From contig OZ024741.1 in assembly GCA_964016885.1 (NCBI GenBank), positions 212,784,001 to 212,848,000 of the forward strand: 64,000 nt of DNA. Direction: 5' to 3'. The stretch's first letter is position 1. Every line of letters begins with the position of its first letter. Of the stretch, positions 1 to 13,990 are shown piece by piece. The notes beneath the pieces were generated by a model, which was not told the DNA's origin, searched no databases, and worked only from the letters and a program-made list of their open reading frames with translations. The stretch is from Eledone cirrhosa (Eukaryota). A program made the translations under genes and the position numbers.

Positions 1-677
1 TAAAAACAAATAACGAAACGAAATTAAATTTCGTTTCGTTTGTAACTCACTTTTGTATGACTGACGCTTAAACAATTAAGTTAAAAATGTACATCTACAT
101 ATGCATACTGAAATACTAGTGTGTATATGAATACACACACGTATACATATGCAGATGTAACAAGTCTTTCACTGGTTGCTTTACTGTGAGCAACCCAGCT
201 ATTCTGTATGTAAACACACAGACAAACCGGTTTTTAGAGTCATACTGGTTTTCGAGGAAACACCTTCCCTCTATTCTCCAGAAAGCCAGACAAGCATATA
301 ACGATATGTGCTTTTACAATTCTCCAGAAAGGCCGGTAGATAGGTAAATATTGCTGATGAGTTGTAACAACGAAACTAGTTCAATATTCCTTGTCTGGCT
401 TTCTAGAGAATAGAGGGAAGGTGTTTCCTCGAAAACCAGTATGACTCTAAAAACCGGTTTGTCTGTGTGTTTACATACAGAATAGCTGGGTTGCTCACAG
501 TAAAGCAACCAGTGAAAGACTTGTTACATCTGCATATGTATACGTGTGTGTATTCATATACACACTAGTATTTCAGTATGCATATGTAGATGTACATTTT
601 TAACTTAATTGTTTAAGCGTCAGTCATACAAAAGTGAGTTACAAACGAAACGAAATTTAATTTCGTTTCGTTATTTG

Positions 678-683
<6 letters not shown>
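1..683. repeat. Long inverted repeat (arms ~1-294 and ~390-683) of a non-autonomous PLE-like element; left arm probably cut by the window edge
   Basis: 1-294 is the near-exact reverse complement of 390-683 (e.g. gaaagccagacaag / cttgtctggctttc); right arm ends in (TA)n; spacer holds an HHR motif. Confidence 0.9.
347..388 (+). ncRNA. Minimal type I hammerhead ribozyme motif
   Basis: AAUAUUG-CUGAUGA-GUUG(UAA)CAAC-GAAA-CUAG-UU-CAAUAUU: 7-bp stem I, 4-bp stem II, palindromic stem III (ACUAGU), GUU triplet. Confidence 0.8.
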
Positions 684-719
<36 letters not shown>

Positions 720-725
720 GATAAT

Positions 726-812
726 AATTGTTTCTACTATTTGGCACAAGGCCAGCAATTAACCAGTACATTACTGGTACTTTATTTTATCGACCCCGTA
801 AGGATGAAAGGC
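726..812 (-). mobile_element. SINE 3' fragment (tRNA-derived family with central gcctttcatccttacggggtcgataaaataaagtaccag domain)
   Basis: Matches the many other copies in the window (e.g. 10515-10880, 44838-44958, 58345-58510). Confidence 0.75.
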
Positions 813-1001
813 AATATTATTTATACTTATACATACACTATATATAACTATAAACATGAAAGGTCAGTAATTCATTACCACCTTATTACCAGTATATATA
901 TACATACAGAAATTATACATATATATATTACATATATATATTACGTATATATATACATATATAAATATTACATATATATATACATATATAAATATAGCAA
1001 C

Positions 1002-1073
<72 letters not shown>

Positions 1074-1311
1074 ATATAGATAATCTAGCTGTCGTCTGTT
1101 CTACAGTGTGGATGTCATTCACTTCGCACAGAAGTTTTGTTCAAATTTATTGAGGAAATTTTGTGAGTTCAAACTTAATTTTGATACAATTGTGTAGCAT
1201 GACCCTCCGTCTGAACTGTCAGGCGGTGGGTCAGCTCATCTTTACCCCTCCTAGAGGTGAAAAACCTGTTTTAAAAAATTTTGTGTAAAAACTTTCAATC
1301 GTCTAACAGAA

Positions 1312-3211
1312 ATGTTAAACGCAGCGAACGAAAATAGTGGTGGGGGGACAGCGGTAAGAGTTGTAAGCTCGCACGCTTTAGTCCTCCCTTCCTTCCCAAC
1401 TAACGTCATAGAGAAGGAAGGAAAAATGAAAATAAAAACGGACGAATCTGCGGAGAAAAAATTAAATGACGAAATAAATCTGGACTTGGATTCCAACAAC
1501 GGAAAAAAAAAATTTGAAAAATTGCATGACAATACTAATAACACAAACAAAGACACAACAAACAAAAAAATAACAGTTGAAAATAACATCATATCAGAAA
1601 ACAAAGCAGACGACAAGATTTCATTTGCACAGAAAACAAAGAAATCTTTGACTTATATAGCGGAAAACATTTCAGATGTGGTACGAAGGATCACGGACGC
1701 AAAACAATACATAAGTGAAGGTGAGAATGGTATTTTATTGGTAAAAATGCCTCAAGAATTCACGAAAGACATTGAAAGCCGAACGGTCAAGTTTCGGACC
1801 ATCAACAACAGTACAAAAAAAACCTGAACAGCCTTCTCAAGCAGATATCAAAACAGTACTCGCAGAAGTACTGAATGAAACCACTTTCATAAGAAAAGAC
1901 AGACTGTATGGAAGCCTAGCAATTATCATGAAGAACGAATCGGCGGCAAAAAAATGTGCTTTGTCACCGATTAGTTCGAAAAATTTCACCTTTTATCCAT
2001 CTTATATGGGAAAAAAAACTCAACGCATATGGGTGGATGCAATGATGCCAGATGTGGACTACTGCTGGCTCATAGCTGGCTTCATCGATCCAGTGAATGA
2101 CAACGTGATTTCCATTGGGAAAACCACAGGCAATGCGTTCAGTGGAACAGGTATAGAGCTGGTAGTACAAATGAAGCCTGAACGCATCGCCCAAATACCC
2201 GACAGAATCCTATTAGAGGACCACGGGTATATAAACATTAGCGTGGAGGGGAGAAGGCCGTCCTGCCATATCTGTGCAGGCAGAGGGCACCTGAAGGCCG
2301 CTTGTCCCCAACTCAACAAAAAGAAAACCCTGCTACCAACACCAGCTCCACCACCACCACCACAACAGATAAACAAACAACAAAACTCAGTCCCACCCAA
2401 CCCGTCCCTCAGTAACACCACAACACCACCACAACACAAACAGTCACAACACATTACCCCAAAACAAAATACAGGCCCACCCAACCTCTCACTCAATAAA
2501 ACAACACAACCACCGCAGACACAACACACAACACAGTCTAACATAGTGACATCCATCTCCCCCACAAAGAAAACCAACACGGAAACATTACCAGCAAACA
2601 TACCTCTTACCTCCAACACTGAAGATAACCCAACGAATTCGGAGGAAGAAACGGAGTCCTTCAGACAGATTAAAAGGAAAAAAAGAAAACATGTGCAAAA
2701 CACACAAGGACAAACAACCCCCACCCAAATCGCAACACAATCTAACAAAACAGAAAACACCCCTCCAGCAACAAACAAAACCAAACCTGCCCCTCCCCTC
2801 TTCGAAACACTCACACCATCGGAAAAAAAGACATTACACTATACTTACATCAACAGAAACAATAATAAATTAAATGAACTCATATACAATAATCCTTCGG
2901 TACAAACCGAAGGTGTAAACTTTGTTTCATCAGAAAACCACCCACATTTAAAACTAATAAAAATCCCAATGAACCTCTACCAAAAACTAAAAAAGGATTT
3001 TAAGGAGGACGTAGGACCACCCTCTGTCAAACCCATAAACCGCGTCCTACTAAAAAGCTTTCCCCCTCCCCTTCCCCTCCCCAACACAACTCCAAACACC
3101 CCAACCCCACCACACACCGACGACCCCACACCACCACAAGACACCCCTTCACCCAACACCCCCGACCCCATGGAAGTCGTGCAACCCGAACCCCGGGAAG
3201 CGGAAAGGTAG
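1312..3211 (+). pseudogene. Tx1 ORF1 (gag-like zinc knuckle), frameshifted in an A-run near 1820
   Basis: ORFs 1312-1827 and 1772-3211 join to match copy-2 ORF1; CHICAGRGHLKAAC = CX2CX4HX4C. Confidence 0.85.
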
Positions 3212-3244
3212 GTCTCTACACTCTCCTTTGGCTCTGCCACCCAC

Positions 3245-6200
3245 ATGGATGTGTTAAGAGTAGGATGTTTGAATGCACGTGGCCTGGGCTCAACTTGGAA
3301 GCAAGCAAAGCTTCTAAATGACCTCAGGTCATGTAGTATAAATGTAATGGTTATCTGTGAGACTCGAATCAGCGTCATGCGGCAGCTGGCCCCCACCTTC
3401 GATGACTTTGAGGTGCATGCATCTCTCTGTCAACCTGGAGGTGGGGGTGGGGTTGTCGTGCTGCTGCAAAAACACCTGGGTCTTGCCGTACAGGTTGTGC
3501 ACTCGGACCCGGAGGGTCGTTTGTTGGTGCTAGACGTTGGCAGTAGTGAAAGTGCGGCCTTGAGACTGGTCGCCGTCTACTCCCCTTTCGGAGCTGAACG
3601 GCCCGACTTCTTCCAGCGTTTGGAGACTTTTCTGGGAACGTCGCGTTCCCTGCTTCTAGCGGGGGATTGGAATGACATCCTGGATGCACGTTGGGACTAT
3701 GCAGGAGCATGTCCTAATAGAGGGGGTGTAACAGCCTAGTAGATATCGACTAGATTTTCCAACTGTGCCTACCTGGACTTGGAGAAACCACAGTGGTCAA
3801 TCTAGATCTTACTTAGATAGATTCTTAGTTAGAAGTAAGGATAGGGACATATTAAGCTGTCCAGAAATGCGCACGGTTGGCTACACGGATCACAAATTAG
3901 TGACCTGCGTGGTCAATCTCGAGAAAACACATAGACAGGGTCCCGGTTACTGGAAACTTAATTTGTCTTTACCGGCAAAAGAGACTTACAGAAACCGGAT
4001 TAGCAGATTAGTTAAGGAGAGGTTGACGGGTGCAATCGTCAACAACCGATGGTGGGCATCTCTCAAAAGAGAGATTAGAACAGAATCAATAAGTTATAGC
4101 AAGATGTTAGCTGCCAATAGGAATAGAAACGAGAAAGAATTAACAGGTAAATTAGAAGAGGCAATCAAGAGCGAAGATGTGGCCAGAGTGCTGGCATCGA
4201 GAACGGCCTTGAACCAGTTTTTCGATGCAAAGCATGAAGGCTGCGTCATTCGAAGTAAAATACGTGCTCTAGGTAATGAGGGGGCCAAAGCCGTTGGATG
4301 GGCCCGCGTGACAGAAGCTAAAAGTGGAAATCGATCCACCATCCGGTCGTTGCAAGACGAAGATGGACGAGTGATCCGGGAGCCTAAGCAGATGTGCGAG
4401 GCCTTTCAAAAGCACTTTGCCCGATTGTTCGGGGGAGGCGAGGGTCCGGGCCGGGGCGTGGATTTCGGTCCATACCTCGACGGCCTGCCGCGTCTCTCGA
4501 ACAAAGAGGCAGAGTCCTGCGAGGGACCAATCTCGGCTGATGAGATCGGAGATGCGCTGAGCCAATGCAGCAGACGCAAATCTCCAGGTCTCGATGGTAT
4601 ACCTTACGAACTTTATTTAGCAATGCCGGTCTTCTTCTCCGAACTCCTCGAAGCGGTCTACTGCAATTGGCAGCAGAACGGGAGAATTCCTTGTTCTGTA
4701 GCCAAGGGCGTAGTCACGCTGGTGAGGAAGGACGAGAACAAGGGGGATAGTATAAATAATTTTCGGCCCATAACCCTGCTAAACACAGAGTTAAAGATTT
4801 TGGCCAAGGTGTTAGCAAAGAGGTTGGCGCTTGTCGTGGGTGGCCTGGTGGGAGATGCGCAGACATGTGCTATCCCATCCAGGTCCATTCACGATAACCT
4901 CCACCTCATGCGATACATCATAGAGAGGGTTGGCAACAAACCCGGCTTCGGTGGGGCCCTGATCAACTTGGATCAGTCTAAGGCCTTCGATAGGGTCGAC
5001 CATGGTTACCTGGATGCGGTGCTAGCGGCGGCTGGGTTCGGTCCTGTTTTCAGAGGCTGGATCACTGCCCTACATAGCAACCACATCTGTTCTAGGATCA
5101 AGGTGAACGGCTACCTTTCGAAGCCGTTCGAAATCACACGATCCATTCGACAGGGGTGCCCTCTCTCCTCCCTTCTGTACGTATTGACTCTCGAGCCTTT
5201 ACTGAGGAAGTTGGAGTTGTTGCAGGGTATCCCCCTGGAACCAGGATTGAGCAAAGCGGTGTCGGCCTACGCCGATGACGTAACAGTAATGGTATCAACC
5301 GACTCGGAGATCGAGGCGATCGGTACCTTACTGGAGGAGTACGAAAGGTTGTCAGGAGCGAAACTGAACCGGGAAAAATCCATCGGGCTGCAACTCGGAG
5401 CGTGGAGAGGAAAACCGATGCCTCCTGACGGTGTCGTCGGACACTGGACGGAGGGCCCGGTAAAGTTGCTTGGGGTCTGGTTTGGACCGGACCTCCAGGT
5501 GGAAAAGAACTGGAACGAGGTTACGAACAAGGTGTTTGCACTAACCCAGAAATGGGCCAAGTGTAAGCTGTCCCTAAAAATCGGGCGGAGGTGGCGAACA
5601 TTTACATAGCGTCCGTCACTTACTACCGCCTGACTGTCGTGCCTTGCCCTAAGGAAACACTCACCACCATGGAACGCATGCTCTTCCAATTTCTTTGGAA
5701 GAAGCGTCCTCCTATGGTGAGAATTTCCATCTGCTGCCAACAACCTTCGAAAGGAGGGCTGGGGATGCCGTGGTTGATGATGCGTAGGCACGCATTAAGG
5801 CTACGGCACCTACAGGTATTCCTCACTGGTCAACCGGTGTGGGCTCCGTTCGTGAAACGAGCCTTTCCGAGACTCGTCTCACTCACCGAGCTACAGTCCT
5901 GGGTCAAGCAAAGATCCGGAAAACTGGGAGACTGGCACACTGAGTGTGCTCAGGCGCTCAGGGCTCTCTGGCAAGCGGGCCGGGCCATCGGTGGAGAATC
6001 CACCTCATCATTCTATAGAGGGCTGGTGGCTAGCAGGGGCGATGACACCCTTGGAGAGTCGCTGGACATGGAAGAAGACGAACTGGCCAGCCTGTTCGGT
6101 AGGACTTTCGGCCCAGGACCAATGGACAACTTCCAGAAGTCACTGGCCTGGCAGTGCTACCGAGGGGCTCTACCCGTTCGAGAGAGGCTCTACAGACACG

Positions 6201-6649
6201 GGCGCCCGGGCAGGGATCCCTCAAAAAAGATTTGCCCTAGATGCGTGCGTCACGAAGAAACCGTGGCGCACGCATTGGTGCAATGTCCTGGCGTGGCTGA
6301 TCTGTGGGGCTACGCCGAACAACTGCTGTCGCGGGTAGCGCCGATTAAATTGACCGCCGAGTCCGTGATGACAATCAAACCGCCTCCCCTCTTCACAAAG
6401 GAAGCAAAGGCGGTTTTTCTGTGCGTAATAGCCATGTTGAAAGAGGTTGTTTGGTGGACACGATTGAAAGGTCTGAGGTCAGGCAACTTCCTCTCTGGCC
6501 ATAGTCTGGTCTACTTCTTCCGATATCACTTCGGAAGAAGGATAAGAATGGAGAGAGAGGTGCTTGGCCACAGGCAGTTTTATGAAAGGTGGGTGATAGT
6601 GGCGAGAATGGCTCGTGTAAATGGGCCTTCTCTGTATACCATCCTGTAG
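3245..6649 (+). pseudogene. Tx1 ORF2 (APE-RT), disrupted by a deletion near 3738 and a frameshift near 5581
   Basis: Three consecutive ORFs (164, 614, 352 aa) collinear with the intact 1145-aa ORF of copy 2; motifs LNARGL, GDWN, TDH, LDQSKAFD, QGCPLS, YADD. Confidence 0.92.
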
Positions 6650-7049
6650 GTAAAGAAGTAAAGGAGAGGGGAGCACCTTCTCCATGTGCTCCCCGGGCAA
6701 AGGATTGCACACTTTTTCGGGGGTGTGTGCAACCCCCATCACGTCCCCTCCCTTTTGAGGTTATTTTCGATTATTTTCATGTTACACCCTTTTTACTCGA
6801 TTATATGTAAACTCCCCCTTTGTATTTGTCCCTTCTTTTTATGCCTTTATGGTAAATAAAGAAATCTATCTATCTATCTATCTATCTATCTACATATCAA
6901 TATATTTATCTATCTGTAGAACTGTCTGTCTGTTCGTCTCTGTTAAACCTATTCAAGCATGTGAATATAATTGGACAGACTTAATCATACAGAAAACTTA
7001 GAAGTAAAATATGGCGGATAAATATCATAATAATGCATCAAGACTACCA

Positions 7050-7945
7050 GCAGCGGTACCAACACTGTCATCACCACCATATCCACCATTGTCACCACCA
7101 CATCACCCATTGTCACCATCACTATCACCACCACATCCACCACTGTCACCACCACCACAACAGCACCACCAACAACACAATCAACACCTCCACCACCATC
7201 AACCCACCACCACCACCATCAACAGCACCACTACCAACACCACCTCAACCAACACCACCTCCACAATCACCCCCCCCCCCCCACCACCACCACCTCCACC
7301 ACCACCACTGCAACCACCGCCATCACCACCACCACCACCATTAACCCAACACCATCATCAACACCACCACCATTAACCCAAAACCATCATCAACACCATC
7401 ACCATCGACACCACCACCACCACCACCACCATCACCATCACCACCCTCACCACCCTCACCATCACCATTAACATCACCACCATCACCATCATCACCAACA
7501 TCACCACCCACACCATCACCATTAACATCATCACCATCACCACCTTCACAATCATCACCATCACCATCACCATCACCACCATCACCTTCACCACCATCAC
7601 CACCCTAACCACCCTCACCATCACCACCATCACCGCCATCAATGCCATCCCAGCTATTATCAACACCACCACCATCATCATCACAATCACCATCACCATC
7701 ACCACCACTATCACCACAATCGCCATCACCACCACCATCATCACCACCACCACCACCATCACCACCACCACCACCACCATCACCACCACCACCACCTCCA
7801 CCATCACCATCGCCACCATCATCACCGTCACCACCATCATCACCACCCCCATCAACACCACCACCACCACCATCACCATAATCGCCATCATCATCATCAT
7901 CATCATCACCCTCATCCTCATCAACAGATTTCAATCATCATCATC
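7050..7945. repeat. Degenerate (CAC/CAT)n trinucleotide array
   Basis: Direct inspection. Confidence 0.9.
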
Positions 7946-7994
7946 AACATTATCAATATTAACAACGTCATCGTTTCAATCTTTCTCCTTCATA

Positions 7995-8665
7995 TGTATG
8001 TGTGTTTGTTTGTGTGTGTGTACTTGTGTGTGTGTGTGTATTTGTGTGTGTGTGCGTGTGTGTGTGCCTGTATGCTTGTGTGTGTGCGTTTGTGTGTGTG
8101 TATTTGTGTGTGGGTATGTTTGTGTGTGTGTGTGTGTATTTGTGTGTGTGTGAGTTTGTGTGTGCGTGCGTGTGTTTGTGTATGTTTGTGTGTGTGCGTT
8201 TGTGTGAGTGTATTTGTGTGTGGCTATGTATGTGTGTGTGTGTGTGTATTTGTGTGTTTGTGCGTGTGTGTGTGTATGTGTGTGTGTGTTTGTGTGTGTT
8301 TGTGTGTGTTTGTGTGTGTTTGTGTGTGTGCGTTTGTGTGTGTGCTATTTGTGTGTGTGTATGTTTGTGTGTGTGTGTATTTGTGTGTGTGTGTGCTTTT
8401 GTGTATCTGTATTGGTGTGTGTGTGCATGTGTGTGTTTGTGTATGTTTTTGTGTGTGTTAGTTGTGTGTGTGTATGTTTGTGTGTGTGTGTATTTGTGTG
8501 TGTGTGCGTTTGTGTATGTGTATTCGTGTGTGTGTTATTTGTGTGTGTGTATGTTTGTGTGTGTATATTTGTGTGTGTGTGCGTTTGTGTATGTGTATTT
8601 GTGTGTGTGTTATTTGTGTGTGTTTGTTTGTGTGTGCGTGTATTTGTGTGTGTGTGCGTTTGTGC
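7995..8665. repeat. Degenerate (TG)n array
   Basis: Direct inspection; abuts the 3' end of the minus-strand LINE fragment at 8670. Confidence 0.9.
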
Positions 8666-8669
8666 ACAG

Positions 8670-9365
8670 AAACATCTCTTCCAGCAGGCCATGTCAGAAA
8701 CAACCGTCTCCAACTGATCCGGCCGGATCTCCAAATGAGACCAAGTAAGCTCATTGATGTTATCCAACCATCTTGTTTAGGGTCTACCCCTGGATCTATT
8801 CCTGCCTGTTTTTGCCCGTAAAATATGTCCAGAGATTCTTTCCTGGGACATTCTAACCACATGCCCATAGTATCGAAGCTGTGATCTCTCAATTCTGAGA
8901 ATTAATGGGTCTACCTGGAGTGATTCTCTGATCTCCGAACTACACATTCTATCGAGTAACGTTACTCTGAAGACCCTTTAGAGGAACCCCTATTTCGGCC
9001 GCTTGTATTCGCGATTGTAGATCATCACCCAAGCTATATGACGATATGTAAGGGTTGGCACGAGTACCTAATTGAAGATAGCGGGTTTGACTTTTACACC
9101 CACCTCCCTTCTGATTTCTGAATGCTGAAGTTGGCACATTACTGTACCAGCTCCTGCAATTTTTGCACTTAATTCAGCCTCTTGCCTTCCTCCAATCGTC
9201 GACACGGCCCAGATATACTTGAACTTCTCAACCTCCTTCAGTAGAACTCCATTTACATGTAGAGGGCACTGCGCAGGCTTTCTTGAGAGGACGAGCGTCT
9301 CAGTTTTCGCAACACTAATTTTCATTCCAGCCATGCAGGGCTCGACATCAAACCTATCGAGTACT
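8670..9365 (-). mobile_element. Decayed RTE-like LINE 3' fragment
   Basis: KISVAKTETLVLSRK...LHVNGVLLKEVEKFKYIW resembles the post-RT region of RTE-clade LINEs; its 3' end recurs at 58225-58320. Confidence 0.6.
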
Positions 9366-11141
9366 TTATCACTTGCAAGGAAAATTTGGAAGAGGATCTA
9401 CAGTGGATTTGATAACGATGGTTTGCATGTTTTTAGGAGAATTGTTGTGAAGGCATCAGATACAGCAGCTGAATTTTGTCTTATTTCATCTATGGCTGAT
9501 ATTACATATTTCACTTTTATATCTGTATAGTTGATGGTTGCCTTTTCTCCATGTAGGGCTGTAATACTGCATGCGCTATATTGGAGTGTGAAAACGCGTT
9601 TATATAGCTCGTTCATTACCTCACATATCCCTTGGGGGTCAGTAAGCTATTTTCATGATAATGTAACCCTGCCCCATCCTGTAGTTGGCCGAGGTGGTCT
9701 CTTTTGCGAATGCCTTAAGGTTTGTTTTCTATATTTTCTATCGCCATATCCTTTATCTCTATTCTCTTTTTTCATGGAAAAGTTAGAGTTCAGTTTCAAT
9801 TTCAAACAGTGCCTGTTTCAAATTGGATTCCTTTTTGTTCTTTAGTTGTATATTCAGCCGGTTTGAGATCTCCACCCTCACTTTATAAGGATTTTTCTAT
9901 CTGAGGGAATAACATTTATGTGTCTGCTCGCCTTTCTTACCTGAGCAAATGTAAAGCACATAGCTTATATTGTCATGAAATACTCAGGTTGCATGTTGAC
10001 ATCTTGCGTAGAGAGACTGTCAATCTAGTTTTGCTTCAGGATCTCCTCATGAATCCTTTTCCAGTTAGCTTTATGGTAGTCTAGGCTGGATAAAAATTGG
10101 ATGTTTCCTGTTGCCTGCATACCCACAATCTTCTCCAGACTATATCTTGTTATTTATACTATGGTAAGCTCCAAGAAGATTGTTGGTGTCACCTTAACAT
10201 CGTCAATGAGCGCCATGTTATTTGTGAAGCAGAGATCCAGGACATCATCACGTCATGCTGGGTGTCGTACCATTTGCTCTATGAAAATTATGTAAGGCCT
10301 AGGAGGGATTATGTCTGTCTTTGTTCTTGTACTGTCATTACTGAGAAGAAATGGCATTCGAGCTATTTGATCTCAGGGAGGTTGAAGTCTCCCAGCAGTA
10401 GTATGTTCAGATACTGATCTAGTTTGTTACTGCAACTTCCATATTTCTGAGACTATCTTCAAACTTGTCCTTATATCTAGGGTCGTCTTATGGTCGATAT
10501 GTGACACATATAACTGTTTCTACTGTTGGGAAAAGGCCAGCAAATACCCAGTACATTACCGGTACTTTATTTTATCGACCCTGTAAGGATGAAAGGCAAA
10601 ATTAACCCCGACGGGATTTGAACTCAGATCGTAAATGGACGTAACTATGCTGGAAAGCATGGCGTCCGACCCTCTACCGATACTGCCAATTCACCGCCTT
10701 TAATTGTTTCTACTTTTGGCACACAGGCCAATAATTACCCAGTACATTACTGGTACTTTATTTTATCGAACCCGTAAGGACGAAAACCAAAGTTAACCTC
10801 GGCGGGATTTGAACTCATACCATAAAGGGCCGTAACTCTATACTGCAAAGCATGGCGTCCGCCCCTCTACCGATACTGTTGAGTTCGTGCCAAAGACTGA
10901 GTTGTAATGTGTCAACTGCACTAAAGATGTGACATATCCACCAAGAATTGTTTCCCCAACTGCCAGTACGTAATACAACATACTTTGGTATGTGTATTTC
11001 CACATCTGCTATGTTCGCTGTCAGGTGTGTTTCAGTTAGTGCCATAAATATTTCTTGCTTGCTTGTAGCTAGATCTCTCAGGTAGGTGATTTTATTCATG
11101 TTGGAAAGTGTTAACCTGCCTCTGACAGATAGTAGTAGCAC
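9365..11141 (-). mobile_element. Decayed CR1/L2-like LINE fragments (endonuclease N-terminus and EN-RT linker), interrupted by SINEs
   Basis: IFMALTETHLTANIADVEIHIPKYVVLR (APE start) at 10815-11141; AIDEIRQNSAAVSDAFTTILLKTCKPSL (pre-RT) at 9398-9616. Confidence 0.55.
10515..10880 (-). mobile_element. Two tandem tRNA-derived SINE copies
   Basis: Two head-to-tail units with a B-box-like gagttcaaatccc, the conserved central domain and a 3' end gtagaaaca. Confidence 0.8.
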
Positions 11142-11400
11142 TTTTCAGATACCGGCGACCGTTTAGAGAGAGGGATTAGTACAATGCAAGGCCTAACTTT
11201 ACGTAAAAAAAGCTTCAACTTGATCGAAACGACCTTCTGTGTTGCATGAGCATGGTTTATTTTTCTTTATTCTTTTGCTACAGCACATACATGCAGAAAG
11301 GAATCTAACTCCTTGGCAGGATAACAAAGTAATATTAGTGCCACCCATGTATGAGAAAAAGATCAAGGGATGGCAATTCTCGAAGCAGAGTTACACCTAT

Positions 11401-11476
<76 letters not shown>

Positions 11477-11824
11477 TGTGTGTGTGGGGGTATATATATA
11501 TGTATATATCTATAGATGTGTGTATATATTATGTGTATATATATATATATATATACATATATGTATATATATATATATATAGATATAGATATAAATATGT
11601 GTGTGTGTGTGTGTGTGTCTGTTAAAGTACTGTAAATCTATTGTTTAAGCCAATAAAATTAATACATCACTGTTCCTTTAGAATCTATGTATCAATTATA
11701 TAGCTGGAAATCCGTGGGGCGGAGGGCAAAGTATATATCTATGATCAATAGATATATTTCTTCACAAAGACCCTTAAATATCTGTTTTTCTCTCCCTTAG
11801 CTTTCACCTTCATCGTTTTAGTCT

Positions 11825-12027
11825 TGTTGTTGTTGTTGTTGTTGTTGTCATGGTGGTGCTAGTGGTGGGTGGTAGGAGTGAAGGCAGTAAACATGGACTT
11901 TCTGTAGAAGAAGAAGAAGAAGAAGAAGAAGAAGAAAGAAAGAAAAAGAGACGCAGTAAAAGAAAATGAAAAAGAAAAAGAATGAGTCGAAGTAAAAAGA
12001 GTGATTTTATTCGTAGTAATATTTGTT

Positions 12028-12079
<52 letters not shown>

Positions 12080-12310
12080 CAGTAGGGGGAGGAGGAGGGG
12101 GAGTAGTAGTAGTGGTGGTGGTAGTAGTGTTAGTAGTGGCGGTGGTGGCATTCGTAGTAGTGATGGTGGTATTAGTAGTAGTAGAGGTGGCGGTATTAGC
12201 AGTAGTAGTAGCAGTAGTAGTGGTGGCATTAGTAGTAGTAGTAGTGGAGGTGTTAGTGGTAGTAGGAAAAGAAGGGGAAAATGAAAAAGTATTAGTAACA
12301 GTAGTAGCAG
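11825..12310. repeat. Compound trinucleotide microsatellite (GTT, GAA, AGT, GGT)
   Basis: Direct inspection. Confidence 0.85.
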
Positions 12311-12575
12311 TGGCTCTCATATTTTTTTTTTATTTATTTCTATCATTTGGCAATAATTCATCGATATAATTAGATAAATCCATGTGGTTGAAGATGAGTT
12401 ATCTGTTCCTTGTCTTGTCTTGTCTTCGATTTTCTTCGGCAATTGTGTTTAATCCGGTTCACATCATATTGAACAGTGAATAGTGGAGTGAATAGTGAGA
12501 GAGTAGTACCTGCTTTCTAGATCAATGGGCGAGTACAATATTATTGAGGAGGGATCTTGCATCGGTTAATGTATG

Positions 12576-12642
<67 letters not shown>

Positions 12643-12701
12643 ATACATATACATATATGTATGCGTAAATATGAATATATACATACAAACATACAAATAT
12701 G

Positions 12702-12772
<71 letters not shown>

Positions 12773-13307
12773 TCAACCTTAAATCATATTTAACATCTTT
12801 AGAAACCAGTGAAGCAATTTCCTCTGGGATATTGTTCGAACTGTCGGTATAATATTATCGATTCCCTCCTTATCTCACAACAATGGATGTTTATTGCTGG
12901 CACAAAATATCTCTTACCTAAAGCCGGAACAAAGTCCTTCAAACCCCTATCCTATGACCTGCCTCCCTATTGCTCTCTCTCGCCTTCATTTCTCTTCTAC
13001 ATGCCTTCACATATCATACACAGCTACACTAAAGTCTGTACATGCAAGTCATCATTTCTGCTGGAATATCCTAGGTGTTCAAATAGGAAGAAATGGATAT
13101 ATATCTCAGGTTTCGGGTTGAGTGGCTAGCTGTGAGAAATATAAGCAAGGTCATAGTGATGTGATAGAAGGGTTATCCCAGGCAGGTACCAACACACATA
13201 CACACATACACACATATACTCACACACATACACCAAACACACTGATAGGTCTCAATGACACGTGTTTCTTTCCCAATCTTCCCCCACCGCTCTCTCTCTC
13301 TCTCTCT

Positions 13308-13341
<34 letters not shown>

Positions 13342-13402
13342 GTGCGTGCGTGTGTGTGTGTGTACGAACGCCAGTATGTATGTTTATATATGTCTAAATA
13401 TA

Positions 13403-13532
<130 letters not shown>

Positions 13533-13701
13533 TCGGTATGACCGAACCCATCTATTATGTCTGATCATATACAGTTCTATAAGTGCTATAGATCAGTCAA
13601 TATACCAATGTGATCAATCCTCCGAAACGTTCGTAAAACAATGAAAGGGGTATGTCAAATATGTGCCTTTGTTATCATTGTTAAAAAAATATTATATATT
13701 T

Positions 13702-13763
<62 letters not shown>

Positions 13764-13990
13764 TAGATAGATAGATTTCTTTATTTACCATAAAGGCATA
13801 AAAAGAAGGGACAAATACAAAGGGGGAGTTTACATATAATCGAGTAAAAAGGGTGTAACATGAAAATAATCGAAAATAACCTCAAAAGGGAGGGCACGTG
13901 ATGGGGGTTGCACACACCCCCGAAAAAGTGTGCAATCCTTTGCCCGGGGAGCACATGGAGAAGGTGCTCCCCTCTCCTTTACTTCTTTAC

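Larger units (their letters stand above)
1084..6864 (+). mobile_element. Full-length Tx1/L1-clade non-LTR retrotransposon, copy 1, inserted in (TATC)n
   Basis: 5'UTR + ORF1 (CCHC knuckle) + ORF2 (APE endonuclease, RT, C-terminal Cys/His finger) + 3'UTR ending AATAAAGAAA; boundaries defined by identity with the copy at 13776-19588; (TATC)n on both sides. Confidence 0.93.

Noticed and set aside
7011-8892. His/Pro/Val/Cys-rich ORFs
   Set aside because: Artefacts of (CAC)n and (TG)n arrays; the same applies to the many YIYI ORFs across the window.
13560-13645. Possible HHR (ctgatca...gaaacgttcgta aaacaatga)
   Set aside because: The 3' half resembles the 30082 ribozyme, but the core is CUGAUCA and stem I does not pair; at best a truncated remnant.
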